This document shows, one piece after another, positions 1 to 11,000 of a stretch of DNA of 33,493 nucleotides (its first letter is position 1; each line of letters starts with the position of its first letter). Made by a program: the position numbers and the translations under genes. Location: assembly GCA_001275005.1 (NCBI GenBank), contig JWZX01003030.1, forward strand, positions 1 through 33,493. Reading direction: 5' to 3'. This stretch comes from Chrysochromulina tobinii (taxonomy: Eukaryota). The notes under the pieces were generated by a model. That model worked only from the letters and a program-made list of their open reading frames with translations. It searched no databases and was not told where the DNA came from.

Positions 1-671
1 ATGATAGCAACGTGATATGTAATGATATATAATGATATCTTGTATTGAAAATAGCCTTTTCTTGTATTGAAAAAAACCCCAATCCCCCTGTGCGCTAGTC
101 GACCACGGATCAGTCGAGGCCCAGCACCGCCGCCAGGAACTTGAGCGCGTTGCGCGAGCCTTGACCTCCTCCGAGATAGGGATCCAGCACCCCCTCTAGC
201 AGGCTGGTGCCCTCAAGGTAGGTGAGAGTGCGTTTGGAGCAGAGCTCGCCGCCGCCCATCTCGGGGCAACGAGGAGCAGCCTTTACTCGGCCACATTAGA
301 GTTATCCAGCTCGGACGATGAGGCAGATGTGTGCTTCCTCCCTCGCCTCACATGGTAAGAAATGTCTCTACAGGATCAGAGAACATCTGTCATCTCTCAC
401 GCTGAGGTCGGGGGCGAGAAAATGACTTTTCCGCAGCATATTGAGCTGGGTCTTTACAAGTCTTTACACTCGCGAAGAGGCTGACAACCTCTTCTATGGC
501 TTGCGAGAGCGGTGCCAGTACATGTACCATGGTAGCAGTCTGGCCATAATTGGTGCAGTTTCGTCGGAACACACCGATCATCAAGTATTCCTGCAAATTT
601 CCGAAACCACAAAACATCGGACCCCAAAAACGCAATTGTGCAGTGCGCGCACGCACGGGCTGCCAGCCGCC

Positions 672-1698
672 ATGCCCGGCGCGTCGGGCAGCAAGGGGAG
701 CGCCACGGGCGGCACCGATGCGCCGATAGCCACGGGCCCCGGTGCCAAGACTCCCGCGATGCGCCAGCAGGAGCACGCCGACAAGAAGCGTCAGTTCGAG
801 GCCAGGAGGGCGCTCACGCCGGGACCGGGATCGTACACGCCGGGCCAAGGAATCGAGCGTCAGCAGCAGCAAGAAGGGAAGCGGAGCCGGATCTGCCTCG
901 TTCGCCGAGCAAGACGATTCGCATCGGCAAGGAGAAAATGGATGCGGCCGGTGACCCGGGGCTCATATGACCCGTACGTGCTCAAGGAGCTTGCAGTCAC
1001 TTCGAAGAAGTCGGCGAGCAAAGCCATGAAGGCGGGCCAGGGCAGCTTCGGCACGAAACACCAGCGTAAGCTGGCGATTGACATCATGGGTGAGAGCACA
1101 CCCGGGCCGGGCGCGTACAATGGTGATGTGATGATGAAAAACGGCATGAAGGCGAACCTGTCCGCCATGGACACAGGCGAGAAGATGCCCTCGTCGGCGT
1201 TCAAGTCTAAATCTGCTCAGCGCGAAAAGTCCGAGGACAACAAGGTGCCCGGCGCGGGCGCCTACTCGCCCTCCTTCACCGCGATCGAGAAGAAGCCGTC
1301 CAACCCCGCCAACTCTATGAAGGCCAAAGCCTCGCGCTTTGGAAAGGCGGATACATTTGAGCGGGCGCAGGCGACGGAGCCGGTGTGCACGCGCCCCGCA
1401 AGCACAGCTCCGCGCCCTTGCATGCTGATCTTGAGCCGCGCGCGCTGCAACCTGCTGCTGCAGCCCCCATTCCTGCTGCGTCCGCTCCCTTTGGTCTCCC
1501 TTTGGTCTCCCTTTGGTCTCCCTTTTGGTCTCACATAGGTCGCGAGTGCCGTTGACCGCAGGGCCCGGGTGCGTATGAGATCGAGTACCTGCGCTACCGG
1601 GAGGCAAGAGCGCGCTGGCCTCGAATAAATCCCAATGGTCGGCGAAGGACATCGCCTTCTCGAGCGACGCGCTGCGCGAGCTGCCGTGGGATCAGTAG
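672..1698 (+). CDS. Sperm-tail PG-rich (STPG/ODF3/SHIPPO-repeat) axonemal protein; 2 exons (672-1382, 1562-1698), apparent frameshifts
   Basis: Repeated TPGPGxY motifs (TPGPGSY, DPGSY, TPGPGAY, VPGAGAY, EP|GPGAY), mostly followed by SF-x-S/T-K-type motifs. GT..AG intron 1383-1561 joins EP to GPGAYE. Several 1-nt frame slips are needed (~843, ~907, ~960, ~1595-1600), so the 3' end is uncertain. Confidence 0.7.
1489..1532 (+). repeat. Intronic 11-bp tandem repeat (TTTGGTCTCCC)x~4
   Basis: Directly visible: ttggtctccc tttggtctcc ctttggtctc ccttttggtctc, inside intron 1383-1561. Confidence 0.9.
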
Positions 1699-2371
1699 AC
1701 GCCTGCCGCTCGGATGGACGCCCATCTGTCCAGCGAGAAGATTCGCTCTGCGTCAGGAGGAGCGGCAGAGGAGCAGCAGGAGCAGCCGCAGGAGGAGGAC
1801 GAGGACATGACTTCAGCGCGTGCACTGTGGACAGCACAACGGGGCCGCTTGCCGTGTTGGTCAGCGGATGCAATGTCGTGCTGTCCGGTCATAGCCGGGC
1901 GCGCCGTTTGAATGTGATCCGGTCCTAACACACAATACAGGAGCATGCCATCTGCTGCAAGGCAGCTCGCACCTATGTAACACGTGTTTCTGAGTGTCAA
2001 GTCTCCTGTTGACGTGTGTGCGGAGCCTGGCGATTGTGCTGATCATGAACATCTTTCCAACCGAATCAACCGGTCTGATTCTCTGAAGTCTGAACTACAT
2101 ATTTTGTACCCCGACCCGCCGGGCGGTCTCGAGATCGGATCGACCGATTCGCCCCCGGCCCCCGCGCCCCGCCGCGCGCCGCGCGCCGGGCTCGTCGCTC
2201 GATACAATTCGCTCGTTTCGCCTCAACATTCATAATAGATACATCTCACCCGCCCGATCTCAAAGTCGCGCGCGCTCTCAAGTCTCCTCACCGCCGCACT
2301 CCCATTCCTCGGGAGCTCGGCGTTAACGTCGGCTTGAAACAGGCTAATCCAGAATCCCCGGGGCCCTGCCG

Positions 2372-4199
2372 TCACATGCCTGACGGCGGGGCCGCGTACG
2401 CGGCGTAGCCCTCTTTCTCGAGCTTGGCGGCTTTGGCAAGCACCGTGGCCTCCTCCTCTGCCATGAAGGTGGCCATCGCCGCGCGCAGCTTTCGATCGGC
2501 CATGCCGAGCATGCGCACGGCGAGCAGGCCAGCGTTGGCGGCGTTGCCGATGGCCACAGTGGCCACAGGCACGCCCCGTGGCATCTGGACGATCGAGAGG
2601 AGAGAGTCGTTCCCCGAAAGCGCCGAAGACTTGACCGGCACGCCGATCACAGGCAACGGCGTGAGCGCGGCCACCATGCCGGGAAGGTGCGCAGCGCCGC
2701 CAGCGCCGGCGATGATACACTGCAGCCCACGTCCACTCGCAGCTTGGGCATACTCGAACATGCGCTTCGGTGTGCGATGCGCCGAGACGATCGTCAGCTC
2801 GAAGGGCACCTTGAAGTGCTCAAGGATCTCGGCGGCTGCGCGCATGGTGGGCAGGTCCGAGTCCGAGCCCATGATGATGCCAACGAGCGGCGCGGCCTGG
2901 GTTTGGTCCGCGAGCCCTTGGAGGGTGGACAGCATCGCGAGAGCTCCGGCTGAGCTCGTGGCCGTGACGTTGATGTGCCCCATCTTGCGTTTCGCTTTCG
3001 GAGGGCTCTTGCCATACCAGTGGATTGAGGCGCTGGGCATCGTGAGCGCGCGCTGCACCGACGCGAGCGTCTTGGGGAGCGAGCCGTCGGCTGATCCGAT
3101 CACGTTGAGCATCGCGGCCACAGGCACCTGCGACAGAGGCACGAGGTAGGTCGAGAGGTGATGGGAAGGTGAGGCTAGACGGGCGGCGGCGGGCACACGG
3201 CGGGCACAGGGCGGTGACAGGGCGCGGCAGGGTGCGGCGGCGGGCGCGCGCCTTCATCTCGGCCGAGCCCAGGGGAAGGTCGAGCACGCATCGCAAGTGC
3301 ATCTCAAACTGGTCTGTGTGGCAGCTGTCCATGGTATAGTGGCCTGAGTTGTGCGGGCGAGGCGCGATCTCGTTGAGCAAGGCGGAACCATCCGGCATCA
3401 GGAAGAGCTCGACGCCGAAGATGCCGCCACCCGAGAGCGACGCGATGGCGGCGGACGCTATCTTCGACGCCAAAGCGAGCGCCGCCTCGTCGATGCTCGC
3501 CGGAACGAGCACCGTGTGCAGCTGCGAGTCGATCGCTGTCATCTCAACCACCGGATAGCTCACCGTCACGCCACTCGCCGAGCGCGCCACCATCACCGCG
3601 AGCTCCTTGGTGAAGAGGCACCACCTCTCCGCGTACAGCTCTTCCTTCCCATTGTTGGAGAGCGTCGCGAATGCGCTCGCCGCCTCGACCGCCGAGCCAA
3701 CCGGCAGGTTGCCGCGCCCGTCGTACGCATTCTTTTTCGCCTTCAGCATGATCGGGTAGCCCCAGCGCTCGCCCGCGCTCAGCAGCGCGGCCACGTCGGG
3801 AATCTCGCAAAAGTCGCCGAGCGGCACCGCGCCGCCCAGCTTTGACAGGTGGATCTTCTGCGCATACTTGTCCTGGATGAGCATGATCGTCTTGCCCGAG
3901 GGGTGCACCGCGATGCCCTCCGCCTCGAGCTCGGCAAGGACGACGGCATCGACATGCTCGATCTCGACGGTGACCACGTCGACCAGCTTGGCGAGCTCGC
4001 GGATCTTGACGGGATCTGTGAACGAGCCCGTCACCGCCTTGCCGCACACGGCGCCCATCGGCGAGTCCAAGCCGCCCGGATCCAGCGTCGTCATGATCAC
4101 GCCGAGGCGCGAGGCGGCCTGTGCCATCATGCGGCCCAGCTGGCCGCCACCGAGGCAGCCCACGTGGCGCTGATTCGCGAGAATATTGATGGGCTCCAT
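2372..4199 (-). CDS. ADE2: Phosphoribosylaminoimidazole carboxylase (PurK ATP-grasp + PurE fusion); exons 4199-3252 and 3127-2372
   Basis: PurK motifs [35 protein letters not shown] and RKMGH. PurE motifs [29 protein letters not shown] and [19 protein letters not shown]. Phase-0 intron 3251-3128 (GC..AG) joins SAEMK to [11 protein letters not shown]. Confidence 0.95.
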
Positions 4200-4661
4200 C
4201 GATGACGTCGCTGCGACGTGAATTGGCCTCCCGATCTCCCGCGCACAGTCGGCGGCACGAAACCGAACACCTCGCAAAAGCGCCAAGCGCCGCGCCGCGC
4301 GTGCGTCGCCTTCCTGATACTCTCCTGATCCGAATGTGAAGGAATTACACGCACATGTGGTGTCTGTCGTGTTAACGTTCACGCACGCGCCTCTGTGGTT
4401 TCGCCAGATTTGTAACTGACCAAGCTACCTACACATTGGCACAGGACCCCCTGTAATAAGAGCGGAGTGACGCGACGGTGCGAGGTAGCGTGCAATTGCT
4501 AGGTGGGGAAATTCACCTCAGCAACAATATGATTCTAGGATTAATAATCACGACTCACACTGAACTATCTTGCTGGTACTACTATTTGCAATTTTGCATG
4601 CCCTCGGGGATTGTTATAATTGGGGGGTAATAGCGCATAAATGAGCGGCAGCGAAATACTG

Positions 4662-5997
4662 TCAGAACGATGGCAAAGTGGGTGCGAATATGGTCATCAC
4701 GTGTTGGCGACCAATGCACTCAGAAAGTTGAACTTTGAGCGCGGAGCATTCCCCGAAGAAGAGTGGGTCCCCGTGTGCAGCGGGAAAGCCCGGCACGCTG
4801 CCGCAGGCAGCGGCAGTGTCGTTCCGCCGCACGCAGCGCAACGTGCGTAGCGGGAACGCAAAGAAGGCGTCGGCGGCGCAACGGCGGACGAGCGCGTAGG
4901 CATCTTGTGGAACTCCATCCGGCATCATCGGTGACCAACGATACTGCCTGTGGCGTCGTGGCCAGAACCCGCCAACGTAGGCTCTGATGTCCCTGTAATC
5001 GCCTATACTGCCTGGGCCGTACACGTATGTGCCATTGAACTGCTGCAAGAGCGTGGGCCATGAAGGAAAGCTTGTTGGATTTGCCCACAGGTCGGTGCGG
5101 AGACGCATGATCCAGGAATAAGCGAGTGCGCAGGTTTCCTCGCGCTGCACCATCGCGTAGAAACTTCCGAGCAGTCGTGCATATCGGTTCCAGTAGCGAT
5201 GCGCATCGCAGCGGGCACATTGTACATGTTTGCCATATAAGCCATACGCGCCACCACTCATATTCGCAGGTCTTTGTATGCACCCTGGCAATGCCTGGCC
5301 ATCGGGTGTGCTGGTGGAGCACACCGCCTCGTTCGAGTTCAGTTCTCCCCAATCTGAGTCGCAAATGCCGACGGCCAGAGCATGGCTGGCCACAAGGCTG
5401 CTCATGTTGAGGCCGCTGAGAGGGATGTCCTCAGAGAGCCACCACGCAGGCTTGAGCCGTTGCACGGCATAGGCCAGTGAGGCCTTTTCAGTCGATGCGG
5501 TCCAGTTGAGCCCTGATTTGTACTCAGGTGCTACGCCCTGGATTTTCGAGAAGTGTGGCTTTGTGTCGCCCACGCTAACGTGGACGAAAAGCCTGCGAGG
5601 CACGGGGAACGGGGGGCGACGCAATCACTGTGAGTCAAATCACAGCTGAAAGCACATGTGGAGTCGGTGTGTACTGTGTTCATCATGTTGCAAGTGCGTA
5701 CTCGCGCTGTGTCACAGATTGGTTCCCGTCCAGAGTTGCGAGAAGGTTCTCAACAGCGTTTAATCCCTTCTCCGTGTGCATGTCGCGCATCTCACCCACG
5801 ATCATGATGGCGAGAAGCTCCTGCGATGCTGACCTAGTCATGCAGACGGCTGCGGCACCGTTGCGTGCAGCATTCCACAGGTGGCGCTTGGCAGCTACTT
5901 GCAAGCCCGAAAGTCCACTGTGCTCATCGTGCCGTGCAGTACAGATGCCATCTGTGCGTTGCGAGCAGACAGCGCTGCCAGCAAAGGACGCCGACAT
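4662..5997 (-). CDS. Uncharacterised, possibly glycosyltransferase-like protein with 'A-I-M-I-V-G-E-M-R' and 'Y-S-W-I-M-R-L-R-T-D' motifs; exons ~5997-5702 and 5592-4662
   Basis: Phase-2 GT..AG intron 5701-5593 joins ORF 5683..6099 (LAIMIVGEMRD) in frame to ORF 4662..5624 (ELFVHVS...YSWIMRLRTDLW...PQDAYALV). The motif order resembles the widespread 'GxxR...RxRxD...D' family as I recall it. The start codon is uncertain. Confidence 0.55.
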
Positions 5998-6265
5998 CCT
6001 CGAAGCGTCCCTCGCCACATGCGAAGTACATGAGGTGTGGCGTCTTCGCGTCGCGATCTCGAGGTTTTTTGCGGAATTTCGTTTCGACGCAACTCGCAAC
6101 GTGTCAAACCCGGATTTTCAATGAGCACGACACGAATGAGAACGTTACAGTACACCACTTTCCGAACATTGAGACGTCAATTATGAAATGTTGCCTCATG
6201 CGGAGCCAACGGCAATGGACATGGGCAATGGAACTGTACAGGGTCCGAGGTGTTAGAGAACAAGA

Positions 6266-7600
6266 TTACAAGGGCTGCTCGCCCCGCAGATTGGCGATGC
6301 TACGCCGCAGGCCGCGCTCGACGACGAGGAGGCGCTGCTCCGCGCTCACCGCCATGAGCACGCTCGCCCGCAGCTCGGGCGCGACGCCGAGCGCGGGCAG
6401 CGGGTTGAGCAGCGCCGCGACCCAGAGCGCAAACGCCGTCGGCTGCGCGCGCGCATCGGGGCGTGGGCCCAAGTCGAGCTTGACGCCGTCGAGGAGGGCC
6501 GCAGGATCGCGACGAAGCGCCGGGAAACCATTTTGGACACGCAGTCCCGCGCAGGCGACGTCGACGTTGGCATAGGTGGCCGAGTCGCGCGCGAGGGCTT
6601 CCCATTCGGCGAGCGCCGAGAGCACCGCGCCCGCCAGCTCAGCCAGCTCGAGCTCCTTGGCGGCGGCAGCTCGCGCCACAGCGTCGGCCGGCATGTCGGC
6701 CGCCGACGAGCCGAGGCCTCCGACGCCGGCGCCGGCGCTGCTGCTGCTGCTGCCACCGCCCGTTGATGGCATTCGCTCGGTGGTTACGAGCTCTGCCTCC
6801 CCGTGTAGCAGCCGCACGCGCAGGGGCACCCACGGGTCGCTTGGTGCGACGTCCTCGTCGGCGGCACCCTCGTCCTCGCCATTGATGCTAGCGCCTTGGG
6901 CGACTGCCGTAGCACCAATCCCCTCCGCCACAACGCCCTCCGCCACAACGCCCTCCGACACAACCCCCTCGGGCAGGGACAGCAGCGGCTCCTCGCCCCA
7001 CCCAAGCCTGGGCTCGTCCCCCTCGGGGTCATATTGGCGCCGCCAGCGGCCGAGGGCCTGCGACGCCCGCTCGTCGATCAACACGCACCGCGTGCGCCCA
7101 ACAAGCGAGGTGCGAATGAGCGTTGGTGCGCCATAGCCTACCGGCACACCCTCGCGGCTGCGGGCGACGTCCACGAGTGCGATGCGCACGACGACGCCGT
7201 GCCGGCGCACGCGCCGTTCGCGCGGGTCGAGGCTCGTCATGCAGAACATGCCTCCCAGCCCGAGCTGCATCAGAAAGTCGCACAGCGTCGGGTCTTCGGT
7301 GGTCAGCTCGAGCCGCTGGCCGGGGAGCATCGCGTCGAAGCAAACGACCGGCAGTCTCGCAAAGGAACAGGTCGCCATTGCGGCCTCGCGCTCATCGGCG
7401 GCCTCGACGCTCGCGATGCGCTCCATCAGCAACGCCGCACGCTTCGCCTCGGCCTGTGCCTCAGCCTTACGCATAGCGTCTATCCTGCTACTCAGGAGAC
7501 GGTTCGCATCGTCATCGTCGGCGGCGGAGCAGCGTGGCGAGGGCAGCGTCCGGATCTTGACGGAGAGCAGCGCTGCCGCGAGCAGCGCCGGCGCGCGCAT
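6266..7600 (-). CDS. Lon protease N-terminal (substrate-binding) domain-like protein, probably plastid-targeted
   Basis: 444-aa ORF with a hydrophobic leader (MRAPALLAAALLS), LPVVCFDAMLPGQRLEL, VGRTRC, and a C-terminal FALWVAALLNPLPALGVAPELRASVL...EQRL typical of algal LON_substr_bdg proteins. Confidence 0.65.
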   Translation of the reverse strand: MRAPALLAAALLSVKIRTLPSPRCSAADDDDANRLLSSRIDAMRKAEAQAEAKRAALLMERIASVEAADEREAAMATCSFARLPVVCFDAMLPGQRLELTTEDPTLCDFLMQLGLGGMFCMTSLDPRERRVRRHGVVVRIALVDVARSREGVPVGYGAPTLIRTSLVGRTRCVLIDERASQALGRWRRQYDPEGDEPRLGWGEEPLLSLPEGVVSEGVVAEGVVAEGIGATAVAQGASINGEDEGAADEDVAPSDPWVPLRVRLLHGEAELVTTERMPSTGGGSSSSSAGAGVGGLGSSAADMPADAVARAAAAKELELAELAGAVLSALAEWEALARDSATYANVDVACAGLRVQNGFPALRRDPAALLDGVKLDLGPRPDARAQPTAFALWVAALLNPLPALGVAPELRASVLMAVSAEQRLLVVERGLRRSIANLRGEQPL

Positions 7601-8085
7601 GGAGCGCTAGCCTGTGAGGGGCGAGGTGAACAAAGCTGTCGGAATTGGGTGGTGCGGCTAGCGCAAGGGATCGGGGCGGCGTGGGCGGCCTCAGGTCAAA
7701 GTGAAGAAATACAAGTTATCGATCCTTCCGTAGTCTGTTCAAGCGCAGGTATGTGTCTCATCATCGGCCAAGTGCTTTGAGTGTCTGAGGTGGGTGCGCG
7801 CAGCGCACCACTAAGGGATGGAGCGATGTGGCGACGTGCACGGGTTTTGCGCGTGACGGCGCGCGGCGCGCGCCGCGACGCTCGAGACGCTCGGACCGGA
7901 GACCGAACTACATGTACCGGTACACGCGCCGGGGGCTTCCAAAATACTTTCTGGGTTTCCGATTTGAAGTCCCAAAACGGAGATGCAGCCTCGATGCCGA
8001 CCAGAAAGCTCGCTTCTTCCTGCAACACCGAAGCTTGCCGCTCGCCCGCACGCCCGTGCCAACGACACTCACGTGACGAGCCACG

Positions 8086-11000
8086 ATGGAATACAACCCA
8101 TCACCGGATGGCCGCCTCTTGGCTGGCGAGCTGTCGGCCGCTGCCAAGATTGACGACGTCACCACCTCATGCTACTCACAATGGGCTGTGCTCCTCCGGC
8201 GCAAGGAGCTCCTGCTCAAAGGCAAGCAGTGGAAGAGCACCATGCGAGATCGTGCTGCCCGCCTTGCTCTGCATGCTTGTGCTCATCGGTGCCAATGCGT
8301 CCACCATCGACACATTCCCAAATACCGAGTATGCGCCCGCGAACATGACTGCGGCCCTCAGTGCGATCGGTCCGGCCGGCTTCTTGACCTTCCTTTCGCA
8401 GCAGGCGGGGTCGGCCATCGTCCCGTCGGGCATGCCTGGAATGCCCACCTCCACCTTCACGCCGACGGCCATCCCGCCGCTCTCGCTCTTCCTGGGCTAC
8501 TCGTACATCTCTCAGCAGCTCGCCAACGTGCAAGGCTTCCCGGTCGACTTTCCGCCCTTTGATGGCACGTACCTCGCGGTGACACCCAACACGTCGGCGG
8601 TGCGCGACCTGGTCGATGACGTCCTCAACAAGCCGGTCGAGCCGTGGATGCTCAACCCGAGGGGCGTCATCGGTGGCCAGATTGCGCAGCTCCTCGCATT
8701 GCTTTCTTTCACTCAGCCGCAGCTCAATCTGAGTGTGTTCCCCGAGCCAGCCACACTGCGCGCCTACTACGAGGTGCGCTACTTCAAGGACGAGGGCGCC
8801 ATCGAGGCGGCCGCGCGCAGCCAGGAGCCCATCTGGGCAGCGCTCGCCTTTGCAGAGCCACTGCCCAAAAATGGCACTGGCGTGCTCTCGTACAATCTGC
8901 GCTTCAACGCGTCGGCGGTGCCGCGGCAGCAGAGCCCGTACGACCGGTTCCCAAACGGCCTGTCTGAGCTGTACTGGCCGTACTACTCGACGGGCTTCCT
9001 CTCGCTCCAGAGTGCGCTCAACCAGCACACCCTCAGCCAGCACACCACCAACCAAACCGCACCGCTCGCCGTGGGCGTCCCGTTCCCCGTGCCCGCGTAC
9101 GTGCACAACACCTTCTTCAACTTCGCGGGCAATCTGATCGGGCTCGTGGTGGTCTTCTCGTTCCTGATCCCGATCTCGACGATGCTGCGCGCCCTCGTGC
9201 TCGAAAAGGAGTCCAAGCTGCGCGAGCAACTCCTCACCATGGGCGCCACCTTGCCCGCCTACTACGGCTCCGTGCTGACCACCTACGGCGCATCGTACTT
9301 CATCACAGCGCTCGTGTGCGCGGCCATCATCTTCCCGAGCTGCTACACGTACTCGGACCCGACGCTCGTGGTCGCCCTCTTTGTGCTCTTCGCCCTCGCC
9401 ACCCTCGCCTTCACCCTCGCCCTCTCCCCCTTTTTCAAGAACGCGCGCCTCGCGGCGCTCGCCGGCCCGCTCCTCTTCTTCATCTCGTCGCAGTTCTACA
9501 ACGCCTTCCTCGACAAGGGCGTGCTCTCCCAGGGCCAGGATGGGGCCAAGTGGGCCGTCTCCATCTTCCCCTCGATGGCCTTCTACCTAGGCGCCTCCCT
9601 CATGGCGCAGTACGAGGGCTCGCAGCAAGGTCTGTCTTGGGCGGAGGTCTTTCACGGCGACGGCTTCGGCGTGGGCCAGTCGATCTTGATGCTCATCTTC
9701 GACGTGGGCTTCTGGCTGCTCGTCGCTTGGTACCTCGATCAGGTCCTCCCTTCCGAATATGGTCTGCAGAAGCCCTTCTACTTCCTGTGCATGCCCTCCT
9801 ACTGGTGCGGCGCCGTCGTGGGCACGGACGCGGACGGCGACTTGTCCCTCGACAGCATGTCCCTCGCCCCCCTGTCGGCCGCCTCCGCCTCCCCAGCTGA
9901 AACGTCCGAGGCGCCGCTCGCCGTCGAGCCCCTCGCCACACCCGTAACGACGCGCGGCGTCGCCGTCAAGCGGCTCTATAAGACGTGGGGCAAGCGCGTG
10001 GCCGTGCACCCGATGGACTTGGAGATGGCACCGGGCCAAGTGACCGGCCTGCTGGGCGCCAACGGGGCGGGAAAGACGACGACCATCTCGATGCTCACGG
10101 GGCTGATCCCCCCTACGAGTGGTACCGCCACCATCGACGGCCTCTCGATCCGCACGCAGATGCGCGCCATTCGACTCTCGCTGGGCGTGTGCACGCAGCT
10201 CAACACGATCTTCGGGCCGCTCACACCCGTACAGCACCTGGAGCTCTACGGGCGGCTCAAGGGGTTGAGCGGCACGCGGCTCGCGACGGCCATCGAGCAG
10301 CTGCTGACCTACGTGATGCTCCAGGAGAAGCGCCTCACCGCCGCGTGTAACCTGTCGGGCGGCCAGAAGCGCAAGCTGTGCCTCGCGATCTCGCTCATCG
10401 GCAACGCGCGCACCGTCTTCCTTGATGAGCCGACGAGTGGCATGGATCCGCACTCGCGCCGCTCGATCTGGGCGCTGCTGCGCGAGCAGCGCGAGGGACG
10501 AACGATCGTGCTCACGACGCACTTCCTTGACGAAGCCGAGATCCTCTCCGATCGCATCGCCATCATGGCCGAGGGCCGGCTGCGCTGCCTCGGCTCACCC
10601 CTCTTCCTCAAGGACTACTTTGGCACCGGCTACTCCCTCTCGCTCACCAAGCAGCCGAGCGCCGCGCCGAGCGCCGCGCCCGCCTTCGACGCGGCGGCGC
10701 TGCTTGAGTGGGCACGCACCTTCGTGCCCACGGCAGCGCTCATTAACGAGACGAGCCTCGAGGCGACCGTGCGCCTGCCCGGCGACGACCTGCTCGCGTT
10801 CCAGCGCCTCTTCACAGACCTCGAGCAGAAGCTCGGCTCGTTTGGTGTGAAGGACTTTGGCGCCACGTGCACCACCCTCGAGGATGTCTTCCTCAAGATC
10901 AACGAGAATGCACTGCAACGCCTCGAGGACAAGCAGGCCGTGCGCAAGCAGCAGCAGCTGCTGCTGCGCGAGGGCGGCGCGAGTACCCACGGTGCTGGCA

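Noticed and set aside
38..73. Direct repeat TCTTGTATTGAAAA in the AT-rich window start
   Set aside because: Too short and truncated by the window edge to assign a function.
1699..1911. Acidic ORF (EEQQEQPQEEDED) in frame after the STPG stop codon, suggesting TAG readthrough
   Set aside because: It is a low-complexity GAG/CAG tract that fits a 3' UTR. Other genes here end normally at TAG, so there is no evidence of recoding.
2110..2290. GC-rich segment with short inverted matches (GAGATCGG/CCGATCTC) downstream of ADE2
   Set aside because: Only about 8-bp complementarity in very GC-rich DNA; not enough to call an ncRNA or MITE.
7781..8085. N-terminal extension of the 1818-aa ABCA ORF
   Set aside because: GTG start and no family similarity; the real N-terminus is in the frame starting at 8086.
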